A stretch of 64,000 bases of DNA from an uncultured Gemmatimonadaceae bacterium (lineage in GTDB: Bacteria; Gemmatimonadota; Gemmatimonadetes; Gemmatimonadales; Gemmatimonadaceae): assembly GCA_963716745.1 (NCBI GenBank), contig OY970320.1, positions 2,592,001 through 2,656,000 of the forward strand. The letters run 5' to 3'. Every line of letters begins with the position of its first letter. The first letter of the stretch is position 1. The notes below the pieces were generated by a model. That model was not told where the DNA came from. It did not search any database and was given only the letters and a program-made list of their open reading frames with translations. A program made the position numbers and the translations under genes. Below are positions 1 to 9,178 of the stretch, piece after piece.

Positions 1-501
1 CTTCCCGATCGGTGCGATGAGGTCCATCACGCGCATCGAGAGATCGCCGTTGCCGGATTCCAGGCGGAGCCGCCGGTCGGGGTAGCGCGGCCGCATCGTG
101 TCGAAGGTGGGGCGCCCCTTCATCGTCTCCGGATCGGAGCCGTTCACCGTCTCCACTTTGAGCAACGCGAGATATCGCTCGCCCGGCTTCGGCGGCCGCA
201 CGTGCCCTGCGATGGTGTCGCCGGTGCGCAGATTGAAGCGCTTGATCTGCGATGGGCTCACGTAGATGTCGTCGGGTCCCGCGAGATAGCTCCAGTCGGG
301 GCTGCGCAGGAAGCCATAGCCCTCCGACATGATCTCGAGCGTCCCCTCGGCGCGCAGCATCGCGTCCGTCTTGAGCAGCGCGTGCTCGATACGGAGGATC
401 AAGTCTTGCTTCCGAAGGCCTGAGACGCCGGCGATATTCAGCCCGGAGGCCATCGTCTGCAGATCGGGCACGGATTTGCGGCGGAGTTCGGCGATGTCCA
501 C
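1..501 (-). CDS. rho: Transcription termination factor Rho, 5' part (runs off window start)
   Basis: Manual minus-strand translation from GTG at 501: VDIAELRRKS...GTLEIMSEGYGFLRSPDWSYLAGPDDIYVSPSQIKRFNLRTGD...VMDLIAPIGK, the Rho RNA-binding domain leading into the ATPase region. Not in the ORF track because it is truncated. Confidence 0.95.
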   Translation of the reverse strand, partial: MDIAELRRKSVPDLQTMASGLNIAGVSGLRKQDLILRIEHALLKTDAMLRAEGTLEIMSEGYGFLRSPDWSYLAGPDDIYVSPSQIKRFNLRTGDTIAGHVRPPKPGERYLALLKVETVNGSDPETMKGRPTFDTMRPRYPDRRLRLESGNGDLSMRVMDLIAPIGK

Positions 502-655
502 GGCGGGGGGCAGGGCGGGGAGCGGAAGCGTCGCGGTGCGGGGCACGAGCACGCGGGAAATGCGCGCGGCGCGGAATGGCGGGGGAACGAGCGGCGGGGG
601 AGTGGCGGAGGGTGGCGCACGGCCAAGCTATGTCGGAGCCGATGGAGGGTCAATA

Positions 656-1579
656 GTGGAAGACACGCCGGTCGAGGAGATCGAGATCGTCTACGCGAGC
701 GAGCCGCCGCGGGAACGGTGGTGGCTGCATGCGCTGCTGCTCGCGATCACCGTCGCGTCGATGACCGTTGCCGGCGTGGCGATCGCGGGGCACGGCTTCG
801 AGTGGAGTACATGGTCGTTCGCGTCACTGCGCACGGGATTGTCGTTCTCGCTGCCGGTGGCGGCGATCCTGCTCGCGCACGAGTCCGGTCACTATTTCGC
901 CGCGCGCCGCTATCGCGTGAACGCGAGCCCGCCGTACTTCATCCCGTTCTGGGGTGACTGGAATCTGCTCGGCACCCTCGGCGCGTTCATTCGGATCCGG
1001 TCGCCGATCTTCGACCGGCGCACCTTGTTCGACGTGGGGATCGCGGGCCCGCTCGCGGGGATGGCCGTCGCGCTGCCGGTGCTCGTGGCGGGGGTCGCGC
1101 TGAGTACGCCGGCGATGATCGCGGGCCGGCCGATGGCCGACCAGATCATCTTGTGGGGCGGCTCGCCGTTGTACTTCGGCAATTCGATCTTGATGTCCCT
1201 CGCGCGAGAGCTCGCCGGCGTGCGCGGCACGCTGCTGCTGAATCCCGTGGCCGTCGCGGGATGGGTCGGATTGCTGGTGACGTCGCTGAATCTCTTGCCG
1301 CTCGCGCAGTTCGATGGCGGGCACATCCTGTATGCGATGAGCCGGCGCGCGCAGCGGCTCACCGCGATCTACGTGTGGCTGTCGCTGTTGGGGCTCGGCG
1401 TGCTCTGGCCGGGCTGGTGGCTGTGGGCCGTGGTCGCGCTGGTGGTGGGGCGGGGGCGGCTCTCGCATCCCGACGTGCTCGCGCCGTCGATCCCGATCGA
1501 CCGGAACCGGATGATGCTCGGGTGGTTCGCGATCCTCATTTTCATTCTGACGTTCGCGCCGATGCCGATCGCGGGGTAG
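656..1579 (+). CDS. Site-2 protease (peptidase M50) family membrane metalloprotease
   Basis: HESGH motif, GIAGPLAG, NLLPLAQFDGGH and multiple TM segments. Start set at GTG 656 after GGAGGG; the ORF track extension to 329 overlaps rho. Confidence 0.9.
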   Translation: MEDTPVEEIEIVYASEPPRERWWLHALLLAITVASMTVAGVAIAGHGFEWSTWSFASLRTGLSFSLPVAAILLAHESGHYFAARRYRVNASPPYFIPFWGDWNLLGTLGAFIRIRSPIFDRRTLFDVGIAGPLAGMAVALPVLVAGVALSTPAMIAGRPMADQIILWGGSPLYFGNSILMSLARELAGVRGTLLLNPVAVAGWVGLLVTSLNLLPLAQFDGGHILYAMSRRAQRLTAIYVWLSLLGLGVLWPGWWLWAVVALVVGRGRLSHPDVLAPSIPIDRNRMMLGWFAILIFILTFAPMPIAG

Positions 1580-1615
1580 AGTGCGGTCGGTGCAGTGTTA
1601 CTCCTTACTCCGGCG

Positions 1616-2176
1616 CTATTGCCTCCGCACCTGTCCGCTGAGCGATGTGACGGTGTTCCATTCGTCGGCGGTCAGGTGCCGCGGCGACTCCGGCGGCTGA
1701 CTGGGGCTCTCCGTGTCGAGGTAGGGGAATCCGATCACCCAATCGCGCAGTGTCGCGTCCACATCTAGACTCCCCGGATAGAACTTGACCCGCTCGAGCG
1801 CCGCGCTCCGCGGCACAAGCATCACCCACCGGCCACCGCTGCGGCCGCCGCCGCCGCCGACGCGAAAGCCGGAGATCTCTTCGCGTTGCAATCGCCTCGG
1901 CTTCAAGGGAAAGGCGTCGCGCACCTCGATGGCATCCCCGGTGAGGATCAACTGCCAGCGAGACGCGTGCTGAAAGCTCCAGATTGCTGCGGCAACAACC
2001 AGAAGCCAGAATACTCCGAACGTGGCCAGGAACGAGCGACTCGTGTGCTCGGTCGCGGCCATACCGATCAGCACGCCGAGCACGAGAACGACTACGGTCG
2101 GCACCACTCTCGACTGTACGCGGATCGAGAAACTCAGTCGGTAAATTCGTGGACTCGCTGATGACTGGCTCTGCAT
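1616..2176 (-). CDS. Hypothetical membrane protein (two TM helices plus soluble C-terminal domain)
   Basis: 186-aa ORF with two hydrophobic segments; no recognisable motif. Confidence 0.5.
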   Translation of the reverse strand: MQSQSSASPRIYRLSFSIRVQSRVVPTVVVLVLGVLIGMAATEHTSRSFLATFGVFWLLVVAAAIWSFQHASRWQLILTGDAIEVRDAFPLKPRRLQREEISGFRVGGGGGRSGGRWVMLVPRSAALERVKFYPGSLDVDATLRDWVIGFPYLDTESPSQPPESPRHLTADEWNTVTSLSGQVRRQ

Positions 2177-2242
2177 TCGTTTCGCTCGCGGCGAGGTTGG
2201 CTCGCAGAGGATACGCGAGCCGCACCGCCGAGTCCAGCACGG

Positions 2243-2284
2243 CGATGCCCGATGCCCGATGCCCGATGCCCGAAGCCCCGCCCG
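2243..2284. repeat. Heptamer tandem repeat (CGATGCC)x4 followed by CGAAGCCCCGCCCG
   Basis: Read directly from sequence; 2257-2284 recurs at 4567-4594 with one mismatch. Confidence 0.9.
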
Positions 2285-2359
2285 TTGTGCAACTTGTGCG
2301 CGCTTGCGCGTCTGCTGATCGTGCGCCGGAACGCTGCCACGGATTTGCGGGAGGCCGCC

Positions 2360-4522
2360 ATGCGTGCTCGGTTCTTCGCTCGCTCTTCGATTCTCCTCAT
2401 TCTTTTCTCAGTGCCACGCGCCCCGGCGCAACAGCCGCGCTCAGGAGCGTCGCCGAAGGCTCTGCAACCGTTCGCGTCCGATTCGGAGCTGTCGGCCTAT
2501 CTCGCCCGGATCTGGCCCGCAGAGGTCAGCTGTTCGAGCGGGAACGTGCTCGACACGACGGCCGTTCGCATACCCGCGACTGACTCGATCGGGCAGCGTT
2601 TCGCGGTAGTCCGCGGGCGCGTGACTTCCGCGGCGGGTTCTCCGCTCAATGGCGTGCAAGTCTGGAGCACTGAGTCAGGCGTCGGCGTTCAGACCAATAG
2701 CGACGGACGATACTCGCTGAGCATTCCGGCGGATCGCCTTGCCGCGCGCGATAGCGTGACGATCTCAGCCCGCCTGATCGGGTATAGCGAGGCCCATCGC
2801 GTCCTGAAGCTCCGGCTCGGCATGATGCGAGCGCTCGATATCTCGCTCTGTGCCCGGCCGATCAGACTCGAGCCGGTCATGTACGACGCGGGCCGGGAAC
2901 CGATCAGCATTGCGAGCGAGCCGGGCGTGGAGGAGCCGGATCTCGTCAAGCGCCATGGCGACTTTATCGTGATCCTGCGGCGTGGTTTCCTCTTCACGGT
3001 GCGCGTCGGCGATGGCGCGCTGTCGCCAGTCTCGGCCGTGGACATCGAAGATGCCGGCGGACCGAACGGGCCCTGTCATGAGATCTTGGTCGTGAACGAT
3101 CTGGTCCTTGTCATCGGCCTCTGGACCACCGGCAGTGCGACCCGGCCGATGATCGACGTCTTCCGGATCGATTCCGCGGGCCAGCTGATACGCGACGACT
3201 CGTATGAAGTCGCGCCGGAGATGGGGCGCGTCTTCGTGGTGAACGGACGGCTCGTCGTCGTGGGCAGCGATTTAGTGCGAACGCCCATCCGCGATCCGTC
3301 GAGCGTATTCCCTCGCGTGCAACGGCTCGAGCATCAGCGAGGCGGCGGCGATTTCGCCGCGATCGCATCGGCGCGCGATGTCTACCGGCGGCCCGGGGTG
3401 GCGCCGCGCGCCGGCGCGCTCACCGTGCACTCGGTCTCGAGCTGCGACGTCTCGACGCGACCGTGGACGTGCCGCGCCACCGTCGTGCTCGGCGACGCGA
3501 GCCAAGGCATGCATCTCTCCCGAGCGGCCGCGTATTTCTGGACGAGTCCAGCCCGGCGGGGCGCTGCTCCCATGACACCGCGCCTCGAGAGCGCCAACGC
3601 CATGCTGTTCCGGGTGCCGCTCGACGGCGGACCGCCTCAGGCGCTGGGCGTCGCGGGGTCGCCGTACTACTTCGATTCCTTCATGGACGATGGGACGACA
3701 CTCAGCATTTTCGTCGCTGGCGACTCGACGGGCGATGATGTGTGGTACTCGAGGAAACGCACGAGCGAGGCCGCATTATTGCAGCTGCCGCTGTCGAATT
3801 TCGGAGACGGCTCAAGTTCCGCCCCCATCGGGAACTATAGGTGGACCCCGCTGGACTCGGGCGGCATGCCAACGGTGAGGCTCACGGCGCAGGCGCTGGT
3901 GTACGCGGTCGATCATACGGCGAAGGATGGGAGATCGAGCAGCGCGATCTTGCACGTCGTGCGCTTCAAGGCGAGCGGATTGCAGCGACTCGAGGTGCCA
4001 TACGCGGTCGACATCATCGCGCCCTCGCCCGGCGGCGCGCTCGTCGCGGGATCCGATGGCCGCGCTTTTCACGTGAACGAGCTCGATCTCGCGACCGGTA
4101 CTCGAGTCACCCGGCCACTCGAGTTGGACAGCGCCACACTGGGAGCGCGACGCGGCCGCGGCATCTTCGAGGCGCTGCGCGCGAACGAGCGCACGCTCGG
4201 GATCGCGCTCCGAAGCGGCACGCTTCAGGGCGACGACACGCTGTTCGAGATGCCAGCTGCCGTCCTCTTCTTCGAATCGCGTGGGAATCAGTTCCGGGCG
4301 GCCGGATCACTGGCCGTGCCCGCGGATACGATCGGGCCCGCGAGGTTCGATCCGCGGTGCGTCGAGTGGTTCGGGAGCGCTCGTCCGATCTGGGTGGATC
4401 GGCGGACTCTCGCGGTGATCGGTCCGTGGCTGGTCGAGGGCACGGAATCGCGCGGAGTGATCGTCGAGTCACGGCGGGTTCGCTTCGATAGTCGGCCGCC
4501 TGAGGTGGCACCACCGAAGTGA
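2360..4522 (+). CDS. Secreted protein with carboxypeptidase-regulatory-like domain and probable beta-propeller domain
   Basis: Signal peptide; VRGRVTSAAGSPLNGVQV...TNSDGRYSL...ARLIGY (CarboxypepD_reg-like); GVEEPDLVKRHGDFIVILRRG resembles the GVDEgDiVK start of Beta_propel (PF09826) proteins. Start after GGAGG. Confidence 0.7.
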   Translation: MRARFFARSSILLILFSVPRAPAQQPRSGASPKALQPFASDSELSAYLARIWPAEVSCSSGNVLDTTAVRIPATDSIGQRFAVVRGRVTSAAGSPLNGVQVWSTESGVGVQTNSDGRYSLSIPADRLAARDSVTISARLIGYSEAHRVLKLRLGMMRALDISLCARPIRLEPVMYDAGREPISIASEPGVEEPDLVKRHGDFIVILRRGFLFTVRVGDGALSPVSAVDIEDAGGPNGPCHEILVVNDLVLVIGLWTTGSATRPMIDVFRIDSAGQLIRDDSYEVAPEMGRVFVVNGRLVVVGSDLVRTPIRDPSSVFPRVQRLEHQRGGGDFAAIASARDVYRRPGVAPRAGALTVHSVSSCDVSTRPWTCRATVVLGDASQGMHLSRAAAYFWTSPARRGAAPMTPRLESANAMLFRVPLDGGPPQALGVAGSPYYFDSFMDDGTTLSIFVAGDSTGDDVWYSRKRTSEAALLQLPLSNFGDGSSSAPIGNYRWTPLDSGGMPTVRLTAQALVYAVDHTAKDGRSSSAILHVVRFKASGLQRLEVPYAVDIIAPSPGGALVAGSDGRAFHVNELDLATGTRVTRPLELDSATLGARRGRGIFEALRANERTLGIALRSGTLQGDDTLFEMPAAVLFFESRGNQFRAAGSLAVPADTIGPARFDPRCVEWFGSARPIWVDRRTLAVIGPWLVEGTESRGVIVESRRVRFDSRPPEVAPPK

Positions 4523-4581
4523 CGCGGACATCTTTCGGCGGCGAAAGTGTGCCGAGGCACGACGAACGATGCCCGATGCAC

Positions 4582-4613
4582 GAAGCCCCGCCCGATTTGC
4601 CGGGCGGGGCTTC
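4582..4613. terminator. GC-rich hairpin between the convergent beta-propeller gene and tRNA operon
   Basis: GAAGCCCCGCCCG-atttgc-CGGGCGGGGCTTC, perfect 13-bp stem. Confidence 0.75.
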
Positions 4614-4629
4614 AAGTTGTATCGCGGAG

Positions 4630-4703
4630 TGCGCGAGGAGGGATTCGAACCCTCGACCTTCGGCTCCGGAGGCCGACGCTCTATCCAGCTGAGCTACCCG
4701 CGC
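4630..4703 (-). tRNA. tRNA-Arg(CCG)
   Basis: Reverse complement GCGCGGGTAGCTCAGCTGGATAGAGCGTCGGCCT-CCG-GAGCCGAAGGTCGAGGGTTCGAATCCCTCCTCGCGCA folds as a cloverleaf. Confidence 0.96.
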
Positions 4704-4745
4704 TCAACGCTTACCCGGAGCGATGTCCCCGCTCCGTTCTAAAGA

Positions 4746-4823
4746 TGGTCGGGGCGAGTGGATTTGAACCACCGACCTCCTGGTCCCGAACCAGGCGCGC
4801 TAACCGGACTGCGCCACGCCCCG
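4746..4823 (-). tRNA. tRNA-Pro(CGG)
   Basis: CGGGGCGTGGCGCAG...CCTGGTT-CGG-GACCAGG...GGTTCAAATCC...CCCCGACCA, encoded CCA. Confidence 0.96.
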
Positions 4824-4856
4824 CCTGTGCCACCTCTCCATTCGAACGGTGGCGAA

Positions 4857-4933
4857 TGGTGCGCCCGGAGAGACTCGAACTCCCAACCTTCTGATCCGTA
4901 GTCAGATGCTCTATCCAATTGAGCTACGGGCGC
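4857..4933 (-). tRNA. tRNA-Arg(ACG)
   Basis: GCGCCCGTAGCTCAATTGGATAGAGCATCTGACT-ACG-GATCAGA...GTTCGAGTC...GGGCGCACCA. Confidence 0.96.
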
Positions 4934-5047
4934 CCGTCTTGATCGCTTCGATTGTGCAAACTGAACCGGCGGCAGCGTCCGGAAGACGCGGCCGCCGTGG
5001 ACGTGCAACCTAGTCTTGCGTGGAGCGAGAATCAAGCGAAATCACTG

Positions 5048-5120
5048 CTCGGGACTTGGGACTCGGGATTCGCCGCGGGACTCGGTAGTTGTCGAGTCCC
5101 GAGTGCCGAGTCCCGAGTAG
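5048..5120. repeat. Inverted heptamer repeats (GGGACTC)n ... (GAGTCCC)n in tRNA spacer
   Basis: ctcgggacttgggactcgggattcg ... cgagtcccgagtgccgagtcccgagtag; same family as 48233-48372. Confidence 0.8.
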
Positions 5121-5122
5121 TA

Positions 5123-5196
5123 TGGGCGGTACAAGACTCGAACTTGTGACCTCCACGATGTCAACGTGGCGCTCTAACCAACTGAGCTAACCGCCC
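5123..5196 (-). tRNA. tRNA-Val(GAC)
   Basis: GGGCGGTTAGCTCAGTTGGTTAGAGCGCCACGTT-GAC-ATCGTGG...GTTCGAGTC...CCGCCCA. Confidence 0.96.
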
Positions 5197-5205
5197 GGCA
5201 GTTTG

Positions 5206-5243
5206 CTAACGTCCAACGTCTTCTAACGTCTAGGTCTAACGTC
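5206..5243. repeat. Degenerate heptamer repeat (CTAACGT)n in tRNA spacer
   Basis: ctaacgt ccaacgt ctt ctaacgt ctaggt ctaacgt. Confidence 0.6.
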
Positions 5244-5305
5244 TCAGTCTGTCGTTCGAAAACCCGGTAAACAAAACCGGTGTCTAACGCGTAGTGATTG
5301 ATGAA

Positions 5306-5378
5306 AGCGGGAAACGGGACTCGAACCCGCGACCCCAACCTTGGCAAGGTTGTGCTCTACCAACTGAGCTATTCCCGC
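5306..5378 (-). tRNA. tRNA-Gly(GCC)
   Basis: GCGGGAATAGCTCAGTTGGTAGAGCACAACCTT-GCC-AAGGTTG...GTTCGAGTCCCGTTTCCCGCT. Confidence 0.96.
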
Positions 5379-5409
5379 AATGTCGAGCGCCAGCGGTGCA
5401 GTGATCCAG

Positions 5410-5482
<73 letters not shown>

Positions 5483-5516
5483 TGGAGACCCCCCCGGCTC
5501 CCGCCGGGAACCCATA

Positions 5517-5545
5517 AGGCTAGATACGGGTATATGCTCTGTCAA
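5517..5545 (-). promoter_or_regulatory. Sigma-70 promoter of the tRNA operon
   Basis: Minus strand TTGACA-17 nt-TAGCCT, ~35 nt upstream of tRNA-Ala. Confidence 0.7.
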
Positions 5546-5712
5546 GGAATTATCACAGTTCGCTCTGGCGGAAATCGAAAAAAAGTGTATTTTAGCTCGG
5601 CCTCCCGACCGGCCAGTCAGTTACGGTCCCGAGTGCTTTCAGATCCCGCCGATCGTGACGGTCCGCCGCCACTATCTCCATAGATGCACCACCGCAAGTT
5701 GAGGTTCCCAAA

Positions 5713-6600
5713 ATGACCGAAGTCAAGCGCCGCCGCCGTCGCACGACCCCCACGGGGATCGCGCCGAACGAGCCCGATCGCGACATCCTCGATCAGTACC
5801 TTTACGAAGTCTCCACGTACCCGCTCCTCAAGGGCACGGCGGAGTTCGACCTCGCCCGCAAGATCCGCGCAGGCGATCAGGAAGCGCTCCAGGAGCTCGT
5901 CAAGCGCAACCTCCGCTTCGTGATCTCGGTCGCCAAGAAGTACCAGAACCGCGGACTCCCCCTCATCGATCTCATCGGCGAAGGGAACGTCGGCCTGCTC
6001 ACGGCCGCGCGGAAGTTCGACCCCGACCAGGGCGTCAAGTTCATCTCCTACGCGGTGTGGTGGATCCGCCAGGCGATCCTCTCGGCGCTCGCGCGCCAGG
6101 GCCGCACGGTCCGCGTCCCGCTCAACCGCACGGCCGACCTCTCGCGCATCATCAAGGCCTCCGAGATCCTGCGCCAGAAGCTGCGCCGTGAGCCGAGCCC
6201 GGAAGAGCTGTCGCAGCTCACCGGCCTCAGCGTGGATGTCGTGCAGTCGCTCGCCGCGCTGAACACCGGCGACGTGCGCCTGGACGCGCCGATGGACCCC
6301 GACGGCGATCGCTCGCTCATCGAGCGCTTCGTCGCCGACGAAGTCCCGGATCCGGAAGAGGAAGCGATGAACCGCTTCGTCACCGATGAGATCGAAGCCG
6401 CGCTCGGCACGCTGCCGGCGCGCGACGCGAAGGTCCTGCGTCTTTACTTCGGACTCGACGGCGGCCGCGAGCACACGCTGGAAGAGATCGGCGCGATGCT
6501 CGGCGTCACGCGCGAGCGCGTTCGCCAGCTGCGCGACCGTGCGCTCAAGCGTCTGCGCGAAGGCGATGTGGGCAAGGCGCTGGGCTCCTTCGCGGCGTAG
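5713..6600 (+). CDS. RNA polymerase sigma factor, RpoD/SigA family (short group-2 type, no region 1.1)
   Basis: Regions 2-4: NLRFVISVAKKYQNRGLPLIDLIGEGNVGL, KFISYAVWWIRQAI, TLEEIG...TRERVRQ. Confidence 0.93.
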   Translation: MTEVKRRRRRTTPTGIAPNEPDRDILDQYLYEVSTYPLLKGTAEFDLARKIRAGDQEALQELVKRNLRFVISVAKKYQNRGLPLIDLIGEGNVGLLTAARKFDPDQGVKFISYAVWWIRQAILSALARQGRTVRVPLNRTADLSRIIKASEILRQKLRREPSPEELSQLTGLSVDVVQSLAALNTGDVRLDAPMDPDGDRSLIERFVADEVPDPEEEAMNRFVTDEIEAALGTLPARDAKVLRLYFGLDGGREHTLEEIGAMLGVTRERVRQLRDRALKRLREGDVGKALGSFAA

Positions 6601-6624
6601 TCGCGCGACACGCACCATGAAGTG

Positions 6625-6662
6625 AAAGCGGCGCGAGACAGCAACCGTCTCGCGCCGCTTTT
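6625..6662. terminator. Bidirectional intrinsic terminator
   Basis: AAAGCGGCGCGAGAC-agcaacc-GTCTCGCGCCGCTTTT between convergent genes. Confidence 0.85.
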
Positions 6663-6683
6663 CTCATCCTGCGGTCGCCGGCC

Positions 6684-6704
6684 ACAGCCGACAGCCGACA
6701 GCCC
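6684..6704. repeat. Heptamer tandem repeat (ACAGCCG)x3
   Basis: Read directly; same unit at 50591-50611 and inverted at 54204-54224. Confidence 0.8.
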
Positions 6705-6721
6705 GCCGTCGTCATCCGCAG

Positions 6722-8266
6722 TCAGTCACTCGTGCTGTCCGACGACGTGGACGTCGGCGCCGGTTTCTTGGGCTTCTTCGTCATGTGCCCGTGCATCGTC
6801 CAGATCAGGATCGTGCCGCACGCCGACTGATTTCCCTGGTACTGGATCGGCGTCGTCGTCGCGCTATTGTAGACCTCGATCGCTTCCACTTCGATCGGCG
6901 GGAAGAGCTCGTCCGGGTCGTCCTGGTCGGTCATCTGGTACGGCGCGCCGTCCACGTACCACTGCGCCGAGACGCACGACTGGTTGAGGCGGTTCGACAC
7001 CACGATGTATTGGCCGTTCGAGAACATCACCTTCATGCCCGGCACGCGCCGGAAGATGTCGGTGATCGCGCCCGAGTTCGCATCCTGGATCTGCGACTTC
7101 GTGAAGTACGTGCCCAGGCCGAGCTTCTTGCGCTCGTCGAACCCGGGAATGTCGGTCGTCTCGTTCGCGGTCACGGTCACCGGATCGAGCACCTGCGCGC
7201 GCGCGTCGAGCACCGCGTTCAGATGCGCCTCGCGCACCGTCGACAGGTTCACCACGTAGCTCTTCATTTGGTATGACAGCAGCCGCACTTCAACCTTCTG
7301 CGTGCCGGCCGGCAGCCCAGTCATTCGGAACGCCCCTTTGTAGTCGGCTTTCGCGCTGAGCGACGTGCCCACGAGGAGCACCTGCGCGCCTTCGAGCGGC
7401 GCGCCGTCGGGGCCCATGACGGTCCCGGTCAGTACGGACTTCCCGAGCGGCGCCGGCGGACCCGCCGTGGCCACGGCCGCCTGACCGGTGGCCGCACCGG
7501 CCGCCGCCCCAGCCGCCGCCCCGGCCGCCGGCGCTTTCGCGGTCGTGGCGCCCGGCAAGGGCCGGTCGCCCACGAGGAATTCCTGGATCACGACGCCATA
7601 CGGCTCGAGCGTGAGATCGATGAAGCCGCTCGACTTGGGCCGCTTGCGCGCCTGCGCCCGCAGCGCGATGTGCGCCGGTACGCCGCACAGACGGTACAGC
7701 CCGCTGGAGTCGGCGAAGACGCTCGCGGCCTGCGGGAGCCGCGAGATGCTGGTGTTGCCGATCGCCATCGTGCTCCACTGCACCACCACCAGCGCGCCCG
7801 CGAGCGGCTTGTCCGCGTCCGCATCGCGCACGTCGCCCATGATCAGCGTGTGATCGCCGGACGTGTCGGCCGGACAGAACATCCGCACGATCGTGCGCGC
7901 CGACGGCATCCAGAGATCGACAGTGGCCGAAACGCCGGGCTCCAGCACCACCGTACGCGGCGGCGCGGCGATGCCCATGGTGTCGATCGCGGCGTGGAAG
8001 AACGAGAAGCGCCGCGTTCCGGCGCCGATGCTGTCGAGCGGGATGGTGTAGTGGCCCTTGGCGTCCGTCGTCGAGGTGATCGAAAGACCATCGATCACGA
8101 CGGTCGCGCCGGCGAGCGGCCGCCCCGCCAGACTGTCGTACACGGTGCCGCTCACGGTGGGCGGACCCGCGGCGGGCGCCGTAGCCGCCGCGCCGGGGCG
8201 CACCTGCGCGGCCAGCGCGCCGGCGGCGCACACGATCATCAGGAAGAGAGGGAGCAGTCGGCGCAT
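6722..8266 (-). CDS. Secreted protein with three carboxypeptidase-regulatory-like domains and a C-terminal TonB-receptor plug-like domain, no beta-barrel
   Basis: Signal peptide MRRLLPLF; repeated GTVYD/GDVRD/GTVMG-PLxGA modules; GFDERKKLGLGTYFT...ITDIFRRVPG...YVDG...VEAIEVY...CGTILIWT. Confidence 0.8.
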   Translation of the reverse strand: MRRLLPLFLMIVCAAGALAAQVRPGAAATAPAAGPPTVSGTVYDSLAGRPLAGATVVIDGLSITSTTDAKGHYTIPLDSIGAGTRRFSFFHAAIDTMGIAAPPRTVVLEPGVSATVDLWMPSARTIVRMFCPADTSGDHTLIMGDVRDADADKPLAGALVVVQWSTMAIGNTSISRLPQAASVFADSSGLYRLCGVPAHIALRAQARKRPKSSGFIDLTLEPYGVVIQEFLVGDRPLPGATTAKAPAAGAAAGAAAGAATGQAAVATAGPPAPLGKSVLTGTVMGPDGAPLEGAQVLLVGTSLSAKADYKGAFRMTGLPAGTQKVEVRLLSYQMKSYVVNLSTVREAHLNAVLDARAQVLDPVTVTANETTDIPGFDERKKLGLGTYFTKSQIQDANSGAITDIFRRVPGMKVMFSNGQYIVVSNRLNQSCVSAQWYVDGAPYQMTDQDDPDELFPPIEVEAIEVYNSATTTPIQYQGNQSACGTILIWTMHGHMTKKPKKPAPTSTSSDSTSD

Positions 8267-8401
8267 TCGCGAAATCTCACCGGAGGGGCGCTCTATTGTC
8301 GAGGGGCGCGGCCCCGCGCGCCTCACATGCCCTACGTGCTACCCCCGAGCAACGCTGAGGTGCGGTTTGCCGCGAGACTCGCGGCGAGTCAGATTGGGGG
8401 C

Positions 8402-9178
8402 GTGATCGAATCCATCGGACGAGCGGTGCGGCAGCGGGTGACCTCGCTAGGCCAGGTCGGCGAATTCATGGCCGAGACCGGCCGCGGGGTGCCTGAGTTC
8501 AAGACGTGGACGGTGAATGCCATGCAGCAGGCGCGCCGCCTCGGCGTGGATTCCATGCCGCTCGGGCTGCTCATCGCCGCGTTCACCGGTATCGTGCTCG
8601 CGCTGCTCGCGAACTACGCGCTCACCGGCGCCGTACCGCTCTATTTCGTCGGCACGCTCCTCGAGAAAACGATCACGCTCGAGCTCACGCCCGTGCTCAC
8701 GGGGCTCGCGCTCGCCGGCCGCGTGGGCGCGAACATCGCCGCCGAGATCGGCACGATGCGCGTCACCGAGCAGGTCGATGCGCTCGAGACGCTCGCGTAC
8801 GATCCCTATGCGTATCTCGTGGTGCCGCGCGTGATCGCGGGCACGCTGATGTTCCCGATCGTGGTGGGCTGCGCGATGGTCGTCGCGATGATCGCGGGCT
8901 ACATTGCGGCGCTCGGCATCGTAGGCCTCACCACCGCGGAGTTCGAGCAAGGGGTGCGGCTGTTCTACGGCAACTTCGACATCGCGTACGGGCTTGTGAA
9001 GTCGGCGAGCTTCGGGTTCGCGGTGTCGTTCATCGGGTGCATGGCGGGTTTCCGCGCCGAGGGCGGCGCGGAGGGCGTGGGTCGCGCCGCGACGAACGCC
9101 GTGGTCTACTCCGCCGTGATGATCCTGGTGCTCGACGCCTTCTGGGCGATGACTTGGCTGCAGGCGAGGTCCCATTGA
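8402..9178 (+). CDS. mlaE: MlaE family ABC transporter permease
   Basis: ELTPVLTGLALAGRVGANIAAEIGTMRVTEQVDALE and GGAEGVGRAATNAVV; start estimated at GTG 8402. Confidence 0.92.
   Translation: MIESIGRAVRQRVTSLGQVGEFMAETGRGVPEFKTWTVNAMQQARRLGVDSMPLGLLIAAFTGIVLALLANYALTGAVPLYFVGTLLEKTITLELTPVLTGLALAGRVGANIAAEIGTMRVTEQVDALETLAYDPYAYLVVPRVIAGTLMFPIVVGCAMVVAMIAGYIAALGIVGLTTAEFEQGVRLFYGNFDIAYGLVKSASFGFAVSFIGCMAGFRAEGGAEGVGRAATNAVVYSAVMILVLDAFWAMTWLQARSH

Noticed and set aside
329..655. N-terminal extension of the M50 protease in the ORF track
   Set aside because: Overlaps rho on the opposite strand; a good RBS and GTG exist at 656.
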